Source of the DNA: Clostridia bacterium | GTDB lineage: Bacteria > Bacillota > Clostridia > Christensenellales > UBA1242 | NCBI GenBank assembly: GCA_017444785.1 | Contig: JAFSVX010000025.1 | Span: 1 to 51,721 of the forward strand | Reading direction: 5' to 3' | DNA length: 51,721 bases | Notes under the pieces: generated by a model | Database searches by the model: none | Seen by the model: the letters and a program-made list of their open reading frames with translations, nothing else | What the model was told of the DNA's origin: nothing | Shown here: piece by piece, positions 38,513-45,172 of the stretch | Numbering within the stretch: position 1 is the first letter of the stretch | Layout of the letters: each line of letters opens with the position of its first letter | Made by a program: the position numbers and the translations under genes

Positions 38513-38729
38513 TATTAACCTCCAAGAAGTTGGTGTTTAAAAACTCTATCAAATGGCATTTCGCAATTTTATATTCTCGTCCAACCTTACAGCTTTTCAA
38601 CTTGCCCTCTTGGAGTAGTTTATAAGCCACAGGTTTGCTAATTCGTAGAATTTCCATAACATCTTTGACTAATAATACAGGAGAGTAATCATCTAATGTT
38701 TTTACTTTAAATGATTGCTTGTTATCCAT
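38502..38729 (-). CDS. xis: Excisionase-type HTH DNA-binding protein
   Basis: 75 aa. LLVKDVMEILRISKPVAYKLLQEGKLKSCKVGREYKI matches the excisionase/HTH_17 pattern. It overlaps the int start by 11 nt. Confidence 0.75.
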   Translation of the reverse strand: MDNKQSFKVKTLDDYSPVLLVKDVMEILRISKPVAYKLLQEGKLKSCKVGREYKIAKCHLIEFLNTNFLEVNSDR

Positions 38730-38746
38730 AATCTTGTCCTTATATT

Positions 38747-39094
38747 TTATTCAATTTCAATATCTTCAGTTGTTTTCTCTTGCTCATCATCTTCGTCATC
38801 ATATTCATAGAAGCTGATAATTTCTTCGCACATATCATCGTAAGTATAATAAGTGTCATTGTCTAGATAAAGGATAAATAGTTCATCCAAAATCGAGCCA
38901 TCAATTGCAAGCAAATTATTAATTATTTTATCGCTCAATTCGTTTGCATCGTTTTGCAAATATTCTGTGAAATAAGTTTTAAAATCAATCTCAAATCCTG
39001 CATCAAAAATTTCTTCTTTTGAAAGTTCCAATGTCCTTGCTTTGAAATCTTCATAATCTTTTTGTATTCTTTCGTTAAGTGTTTGTCTTTCCAT
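38747..39094 (-). CDS. Small highly acidic hypothetical protein
   Basis: 115 aa with an AAAGGAA RBS. It is D/E-rich with the tail YEYDDEDDEQEKTTEDIEIE, and shares the motif Y..FK....L..E.IF....I.F.....YL with the next ORF. Confidence 0.65.
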   Translation of the reverse strand: MERQTLNERIQKDYEDFKARTLELSKEEIFDAGFEIDFKTYFTEYLQNDANELSDKIINNLLAIDGSILDELFILYLDNDTYYTYDDMCEEIISFYEYDDEDDEQEKTTEDIEIE

Positions 39095-39111
39095 ATTATC
39101 GTTCCTTTTGA

Positions 39112-39453
39112 TTAAATTTCTTCAAGTGCTAAATCCAATATATTTCTCATTTCAAAAATAAAATCAAAACTAAATTCAGTTGAGAATATGTATTCTTTGA
39201 ATGCTTTGTAGCATTTTTCCATAAGTTCATATTCACTTTGTAACTCACGCATTTCATTTAAAGACAATTCTGTCAGTAAATATTTTTTTAATAATTTCAT
39301 AAAAGAGATTTTATAAGATTTGTTAAAAATTTGCTCAGAATTCAAGTTTTTTAATGAATTTTTGAATTTTTTATACTCATTTTTCACTTTTTCTTCAAAT
39401 TTTTGAATATCTTGCAAATCTTCATCTCTTAATTTATTTGTTGCTTCTATCAT
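39112..39453 (-). CDS. Small helical hypothetical protein (weak paralogue of 38747..39094)
   Basis: 113 aa with a GAGGTA RBS. KNEYKKFKNSLKNLNSEQIFNKSYKISFMKLLKKYL aligns with KDYEDFKARTLELSKEEIFDAGFEIDFKTYFTEYL. Confidence 0.65.
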   Translation of the reverse strand: MIEATNKLRDEDLQDIQKFEEKVKNEYKKFKNSLKNLNSEQIFNKSYKISFMKLLKKYLLTELSLNEMRELQSEYELMEKCYKAFKEYIFSTEFSFDFIFEMRNILDLALEEI

Positions 39454-39457
39454 TTGA

Positions 39458-40204
39458 TTACCTCAAAATAAAACTAGTTTGTCCATTTGCATCACAGCCA
39501 TCAAGTCTATCTAGTGCAACCTTATACCATTTAGGATTTATCTCAATTCCAATGTAATTTCTATTTAGTTCTTTGCAAGCGACTGCAGTTGTGCCGGAGC
39601 CAAGAAAACAATCTAATACCAAATCATTTTCTTTACTACTATTTCTTACAAGAGTTTCAATGATGTTTAGTGGTTTGCAAGTTGGGTGATGGAAGAAGAA
39701 TTTATCAACCTTGTTTGTTGGGTTTCTGAATACTGTTCTTGCATCTTCATAAGATTGTGGATTGCATACACCGGCACCTCTAAAGTAGAGGCAATATTCA
39801 ACATCATTCAAATATTGGTGATTGTAAAGTGGCATTACATTCGGCTTGTTCCAAACTAATATTTCAAAGTTCAAATCTTGTTTGTTAACAAAATAATTTA
39901 AATACATTGGAATTTGTTTTCTGTTGCACCAAATATAGATATTGGGGACTTTCATTATTCGCATAAACTCATCAAAGATTTCTTCTCTGATTCCTTGCGT
40001 GATATTGTTGTCCATTAGTTCATTGTTGAGTCTGTTAATGCATTTAGTTATCTCATTTGTTGTTCTAGAAAGCGATTCTTCGGATTTTGGTTTGCCATCA
40101 ATTTGATAAGGAGGATCTATGACAATCAAATCAATGCTTGCATCATCAATTTGTTTTATCATTTCATAGCAGTCGCCAAGATAAATGTTGTTCTTTTCTA
40201 ACAT
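39458..40204 (-). CDS. Orphan beta-class N6-adenine/N4-cytosine DNA methyltransferase
   Basis: Motif IV IVIDPPYQ lies near the N-terminus and motif I DCFLGSGTT near the C-terminus. No restriction endonuclease gene is adjacent. Confidence 0.85.
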   Translation of the reverse strand: MLEKNNIYLGDCYEMIKQIDDASIDLIVIDPPYQIDGKPKSEESLSRTTNEITKCINRLNNELMDNNITQGIREEIFDEFMRIMKVPNIYIWCNRKQIPMYLNYFVNKQDLNFEILVWNKPNVMPLYNHQYLNDVEYCLYFRGAGVCNPQSYEDARTVFRNPTNKVDKFFFHHPTCKPLNIIETLVRNSSKENDLVLDCFLGSGTTAVACKELNRNYIGIEINPKWYKVALDRLDGCDANGQTSFILR

Positions 40205-40515
40205 TACATTTCCTCGTCTGACTCTTTTCTTGCTTTTTTAAATTTAGCATCAAAAAGTATTCTTCCTATGGTTTGTGGCATTAAGTAATCAAAATCTTTT
40301 ATTTCATAATCCTCATATAAATCCCACGCTTTCTTTAATATGTGTTTCTCATTTAAGAGAGTTTCAATTTGTTGTTCATTGTATTCGTTTTCTTTTACTT
40401 CACGAATTAAGGCTTCCATAAATTTGGCTTTTAAATTAAAGTTATTTAAGCCATCCTCAACTAAAACCTCATATTCGTTTTCCATATCTGAAATAAGAGC
40501 TTCTTTGTTTGACAT
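40204..40515 (-). CDS. Small hypothetical protein ending KKARKESDEEM
   Basis: 103 aa. Its stop overlaps the methyltransferase start (ATGTAATG). Confidence 0.65.
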   Translation of the reverse strand: MSNKEALISDMENEYEVLVEDGLNNFNLKAKFMEALIREVKENEYNEQQIETLLNEKHILKKAWDLYEDYEIKDFDYLMPQTIGRILFDAKFKKARKESDEEM

Positions 40516-40558
40516 TTTATACCTCGTAGTTTAGTTTTCGCTCTTTCAAATATCTCTT

Positions 40559-41077
40559 TTACATTTCTTCGTCTGATTGTTTTTGCTTCTTTTTAAAGAT
40601 TTGATATTGCTTGATTTCATCTGCATTGAAATTGTCTGAATCAACAACATTTTCTTCATAGATTTCTTTTAAATCCTGTTTTACATCTCGTTCATTTACA
40701 TGATTGTAATCATAATATTTCCATTCATTTTTTAAGGTGAACACATAGAAGTAATCTATAAAATCATTGTTGTAAAACATCTCATCCTTTGTGACATAAA
40801 ATGGCTTTTGATTGCTTTCGTGTCCATCTCTGCCATAAGCATAGCAAACATCATCTTGCTTGTGGTCATGGTCATGTGGCTTTTTAGGATTTGGATTTAT
40901 TTTAGATCCAAGACTTCTCAAATCTCCAAGATTAAGCAGTTCATCCAGCTTTTTTCTGTTTGAATAATGGTTAAGAAGAATTGCACCATTATGTGTTAGA
41001 TAACCATCAAAATGACAGTAAATTCCTTTGTAGTGACCATCTTCTAATTCCATCAAGATATGACTTCGTGTACTCAT
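40559..41077 (-). CDS. Hypothetical protein ending KKKQKQSDEEM
   Basis: 172 aa. The N-terminal segment GHYKGIYCHFDGYLTHNGAILLNHY looks like a conserved mobile-element domain that I cannot name. Confidence 0.65.
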   Translation of the reverse strand: MSTRSHILMELEDGHYKGIYCHFDGYLTHNGAILLNHYSNRKKLDELLNLGDLRSLGSKINPNPKKPHDHDHKQDDVCYAYGRDGHESNQKPFYVTKDEMFYNNDFIDYFYVFTLKNEWKYYDYNHVNERDVKQDLKEIYEENVVDSDNFNADEIKQYQIFKKKQKQSDEEM

Positions 41078-41430
41078 TCCATACCTCCATCTTCTTCAAA
41101 TTCTTGCATTTGATGAATGTATTTTTCAACTGCTCCTGAACAGATTTGACTGTTGTGCATTGGGAGTTTGCCCAGTGCACAGTCAACCAAATCATCAAGG
41201 ATTTCAGTGTTTTTATGCATGACTTTTAGTTCATCATCAGAGAATGTTTTTGCCATTTCAGATATGTAGAAATGCATTTGGTTATAAAGGTTTATAACTC
41301 CTGCATTTTTTACAAATGAATCCAAACTAAATGTTAATAGTCTATGCATTTTATAGTGTTCAAAGTTTTTGTCTGAATTGTTTTTTAAATTGTTAATCAT
41401 TTCTTCTCGTGATATGTCACATTTCTTCAT
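41074..41430 (-). CDS. Small hypothetical protein
   Basis: The start is set at MKKCDISREEM (41430), nested in the stop region of the upstream gene (ATGAAGAAATGTGA). The longer track ORF would overlap that gene by 110 nt. Confidence 0.55.
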   Translation of the reverse strand: MKKCDISREEMINNLKNNSDKNFEHYKMHRLLTFSLDSFVKNAGVINLYNQMHFYISEMAKTFSDDELKVMHKNTEILDDLVDCALGKLPMHNSQICSGAVEKYIHQMQEFEEDGGME

Positions 41431-41887
41431 CGCTGTCATCCTCATCTTCAAAATCTTCATCACGATAAACAAATTTGAATTTGCCATCGCATTCGTAAAT
41501 TGAGCCGATTTTTGCTTGCTCCTCATACTTTACAAGTTTTTCACTATTCAAGTATTTATCTGACAAATCTTTGAGAATAAATTCATAGTCGCCATCATCA
41601 ATAGCACGGTCAATTTTGTCAAGTATAAGTTGACTTTCAGGCATATATTTATAAAGCCAATTTGCATAAGAGGATAGGTCATTAGCCCAACCCTCAAGGT
41701 AATGACTGTTATCATATACATCGCCATCGTTATACCATTTATAAACAAGTTTATTTATGGCTGTAACTATTTGTGTTGCCATGTTTTCACCCTCGCCACG
41801 ATCAGGCAAGTATTTGTCATTTATTTCTCTAAATCTGTCATAATATTCCCATTTAACACGCTTATCAAAGTTCTGCATCGCCATCAT
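41417..41887 (-). CDS. Hypothetical acidic protein ending EDEDDSDEEM
   Basis: 156 aa. The start is ambiguous (41887, 41884 or 41878) and overlaps the end of the upstream gene. Confidence 0.6.
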   Translation of the reverse strand: MMAMQNFDKRVKWEYYDRFREINDKYLPDRGEGENMATQIVTAINKLVYKWYNDGDVYDNSHYLEGWANDLSSYANWLYKYMPESQLILDKIDRAIDDGDYEFILKDLSDKYLNSEKLVKYEEQAKIGSIYECDGKFKFVYRDEDFEDEDDSDEEM

Positions 41888-42677
41888 CCTCTATATCTTC
41901 ATAAGTTCCTGTTTCTTCATTATATCTAAAGAATTCTTCGCCACCCCAAAGTTCAAATGATTGTTCGTACGCTTCCTTTGAATAATTATCATTTACTCGC
42001 TGTGAAATTATTTCTCCATTTTGACAAGTGCAGGATCCAGTGTAATACCCAAGCTGTTCTTCTGCATATTTGTAAGAGAAAGTGTTTTCAGGATGCTTTG
42101 CTGATAATTCCTTTATAAGTTCACGAACATCTGACCATGCTGTGTCAAATTGCACTTTATTTGGAGTGTCTTTTTCATAAATCGTTTCACAAGCATTCCA
42201 TTTTGTACCCCAATTTTCAACGCACCAATCATACCAATCTTTGGCTCCATAGTTTATGATGTTGTCGTAAACTCTTTTGCCATAATTAATTACATCTTGT
42301 TTGGTTTTGAATACTGGGAACATTGGATCATCTTCTTGTGGCTCTCTATGACTTTTTAAACAATCATCAATTATTTTTTTAATCTCTGATTGTGATTTTA
42401 GATATCTATCTTCTTTGAAAAATTCAGGAACTCTGCAAGCTTCGTAAAATGTTTTTAATACAGAAAATTTTTCAGGTTTTGGGAGAGTAGACAGATAGAC
42501 AGCGAAGCAATCATCTGTTGTTGTCCCTGATATGATTAACAAATCTTCAGGCATCTTTTTTATTAAGTTAAAATCAAAAACCGTATCTCCGTATTTATTC
42601 TTATGAATATATTTTTTTAATACTTTGTCGGCATCTTTACCATCAACTTTCAAGACACCTCGTACCCAGTTAGGCAT
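41865..42677 (-). CDS. DUF1281/Api92-like ferredoxin-fold protein (tentative)
   Basis: The N-terminal MPNWVRGVLKV and internal ENWGTKWNA resemble the MPNWC...NWGTKW signature of plasmid and phage DUF1281 proteins. Confidence 0.45.
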   Translation of the reverse strand: MPNWVRGVLKVDGKDADKVLKKYIHKNKYGDTVFDFNLIKKMPEDLLIISGTTTDDCFAVYLSTLPKPEKFSVLKTFYEACRVPEFFKEDRYLKSQSEIKKIIDDCLKSHREPQEDDPMFPVFKTKQDVINYGKRVYDNIINYGAKDWYDWCVENWGTKWNACETIYEKDTPNKVQFDTAWSDVRELIKELSAKHPENTFSYKYAEEQLGYYTGSCTCQNGEIISQRVNDNYSKEAYEQSFELWGGEEFFRYNEETGTYEDIEDDGDAEL

Positions 42678-43500
42678 TTACACCTCCAATTGGTTGAAAT
42701 TTGTCGCTATATAATGACCATAAGTTGTGAGTTTTGTATTGCTCAACAAGTTCAGCAGGAACATAAATCGTTTGTAGATTTGGACAGTTAGAGAATGTTT
42801 GGTAAACCTCAGTCATTGAAGTTCTAACAACTGAATCGTGTCTGATATAGACCGTTTCAAGTTTTGAACATCTGTTAAATGCTCCAAGTCCAATTGATTC
42901 TACATTTGCAGGAATATCGATTGTTTTAATTGATGTATTCCAAAATGCGTATGGCTCAATCTTTTTAAGGTTGGCAGGGAGATGGACTTCTTCTAGTGAA
43001 ACACAATTCCAAAAGCAACTATCTCCAAGTGATTCCAAACTATCTGATAGTGTTAATGATCTTAGATTCCTACATTCTCTAAAAACAAATAATCCAATTC
43101 TTGTAATTTGATTTGGCATTATTACTTGTTCAATGGTTGAATTATTGTAAAACAAATTATCTTTAATTTGAGTTACGCCATAATCTTCGCCATTGACTGT
43201 GTAATGTGTTGGTATATTGATAATTGTGTCGTTGCCACTATAACCAATCAATACATTGTTTTTGAAAGTAAATCCCTCAACGACTACAGCTGTGTTTGAT
43301 GTGTCATCTGTTCTATAAGTTTCGTAAACAACTCTTGAAACTAATGCGAACAAAAAGAATACACTAGCACAGCAAATAATTAGTAGTTCTCCCCAAGAAA
43401 TTGTCTTTGTTGCCACTTTTTCTGCATTTTTTGGCGTTTTTTCATCAATTTTTGCAGTTTTTTCTTTTAATTTTTCATTTAGGTTAAAATTATTTATCAT
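42670..43500 (-). CDS. Membrane-anchored BspA-type leucine-rich-repeat protein
   Basis: N-terminal TM (WGELLIICCASVFFLFALVSRVV) followed by ~23-aa LRRs: FRECRNLRSLTLSDSLESLGDSCFWNCVSLEEVHLPANLKKIEPYAFWNTSIKTIDIPANVESIGLGAFNRCSKLETVYI. Confidence 0.75.
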   Translation of the reverse strand: MINNFNLNEKLKEKTAKIDEKTPKNAEKVATKTISWGELLIICCASVFFLFALVSRVVYETYRTDDTSNTAVVVEGFTFKNNVLIGYSGNDTIINIPTHYTVNGEDYGVTQIKDNLFYNNSTIEQVIMPNQITRIGLFVFRECRNLRSLTLSDSLESLGDSCFWNCVSLEEVHLPANLKKIEPYAFWNTSIKTIDIPANVESIGLGAFNRCSKLETVYIRHDSVVRTSMTEVYQTFSNCPNLQTIYVPAELVEQYKTHNLWSLYSDKFQPIGGVNA

Positions 43501-43910
43501 AATTCAACCTCGCTTTCACGCATTTTCTTTACTGCTTTTTCAATAAGTTCCTGTGAGTGAAAATATATATCTTCGCCATTATGAAGTTCATAATCTTTGA
43601 GATAATCATTTATCGTTTTCACTTGTTTATCTGTCAGGCTGATATTATCTCCACTTTCATCTGTTGCTGAAAAAATACAAGTTCCCAAAATACAATCTCT
43701 GAACTCAGGAACAATGAAGTTTCCAGCTCTGCCAAACATTTTTCCGTTATCATCAATAATCATTGAGATATCTCTGTCTATTGGTAGCGAACACATTTCA
43801 ATCAAATCGCAATTTATTATTTTATAAAATGTGTGTAGGTCATTTTTAATATTATCTTCATAAGCCGGTTGATAAGGTTTTTTAATTACTACTCTTATTG
43901 TTTCTTCCAT
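43497..43910 (-). CDS. DUF3846-like protein
   Basis: 137 aa. The pattern VVIKKP...DLIEMCSL..DISMIIDDNGKM resembles DUF3846 of conjugative elements and polyvalent proteins. Confidence 0.5.
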   Translation of the reverse strand: MEETIRVVIKKPYQPAYEDNIKNDLHTFYKIINCDLIEMCSLPIDRDISMIIDDNGKMFGRAGNFIVPEFRDCILGTCIFSATDESGDNISLTDKQVKTINDYLKDYELHNGEDIYFHSQELIEKAVKKMRESEVEL

Positions 43911-44151
43911 TGTTTGCTCCTGTTTCTACTCGTGATTTACAGTAGCCTTTGTATCTGACCAGCTGATTTGGATTGGTGTAGAATGCTTGTTGAATTGCAA
44001 CACCGATCATGTCATAAAATTCTTGATATTTTGTGTTTGGAGCCAAGTTTGGATTTTTTCTTAAAGAGCGAAGTTTTGTCATAAGTTCGTCTTTGTTTTC
44101 AAAATCTACATTGTCAACAAACGATGTAATTTCTCCATTTATTCTTAACAT
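43882..44151 (-). CDS. Small hypothetical protein
   Basis: 89 aa. Its ATG overlaps the ArdC-like stop (ATGTTAA) and its 3' end overlaps the next gene by 29 nt. Confidence 0.45.
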   Translation of the reverse strand: MLRINGEITSFVDNVDFENKDELMTKLRSLRKNPNLAPNTKYQEFYDMIGVAIQQAFYTNPNQLVRYKGYCKSRVETGANNGRNNKSSN

Positions 44152-45164
44152 TGTTCCACCTCAGCTTTCTTTGTTGTTTTTCTTGTTCTTTTTGGCTTTT
44201 CAGGTGCTTTTTCTTCGATTTCAGGCTCTTTTTCTTGTTCTTTGGTTAATTCCTCAGGCTCATTTGCGTTTTCTTGAACTTGTGCTTTTTCTTGCTCTCT
44301 AAGGTGAGATTGAAGTGCCGGCTCAACTTTTGATAAAATTTGATAACTTACACTTCTGATTACATCAAGGTTGTTTTTAAACTTGTCAATGTCGCCATCT
44401 GCCCATTTTGTAATATAGCCCATATTAAAGTCTGCAGTATGAAGTCCAAGTTTGTTTGAAACAACTAGAGCAATGCTTTCAGCTTCAATTTCTCTGATTT
44501 GTGTTTGTTCTTTCTTTGTCAGTCCATTAAAGTTTGTTCTAACTCTTTCTTCTGCAAGAGCATGACCAATTTCGTGAATAAGAGTAGTGAGAGTTCTTTC
44601 AAGTGGCATTCCATCTTGAATAACAATCACTTTATGAGTGAAATCACAATATCCATCAACACCATCGTTTTCGATGTTTGCAAAGTTAACATCGTAGCCA
44701 CGAGGAACGCTTACAAGTGCGTCTTTGATTGTTTCAAAGTTCTCTTTTGCAATATTTTCATCACACTTAAATTCGTAAAGTTCACGCCCCTCAGTTTGTG
44801 AAATGTCAAATACATGAGCTACTTTATAACCCATAACCTCAAATTCTTTTGTTTCTACAACATTGCCATCTTCATCGAGAACATCTTCTTTTCTTATTTC
44901 TCTTAAAGGGGCAATGATTTTTATTGCTTTTTGTCCTTTGATTACATTTCTGTGGTTGTAGTTCCAAACTTTCATTCCATTTACACACCTTGCTGTTGGC
45001 ATTTGTGAAAGGATCAAAAGTTGGTTGGTGATGGAATAGCAATTCAAGTTGCTCATTGAAAGCAAAATGTCTTTATATTTTCCATCTTTTATAAATTGTC
45101 TGAACTGTTCTTCGGCTTGTTTTATTAGGTCGTCAACAGTCGTGTATGTCTTAGTTTCTTCCAT
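44145..45164 (-). CDS. ArdC-like protein (ssDNA-binding N-domain plus zincin metalloprotease)
   Basis: The N-half (YSITNQLLILSQ...VWNYNHRNVIKGQKAIKIIAP) is like ArdC-N/DUF1738. It has the HEIGH zinc motif (LIHEIGHALAE) and a K/E-rich tail. Confidence 0.65.
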   Translation of the reverse strand: MEETKTYTTVDDLIKQAEEQFRQFIKDGKYKDILLSMSNLNCYSITNQLLILSQMPTARCVNGMKVWNYNHRNVIKGQKAIKIIAPLREIRKEDVLDEDGNVVETKEFEVMGYKVAHVFDISQTEGRELYEFKCDENIAKENFETIKDALVSVPRGYDVNFANIENDGVDGYCDFTHKVIVIQDGMPLERTLTTLIHEIGHALAEERVRTNFNGLTKKEQTQIREIEAESIALVVSNKLGLHTADFNMGYITKWADGDIDKFKNNLDVIRSVSYQILSKVEPALQSHLREQEKAQVQENANEPEELTKEQEKEPEIEEKAPEKPKRTRKTTKKAEVEQC

Positions 45165-45172
45165 GTTTTCTC

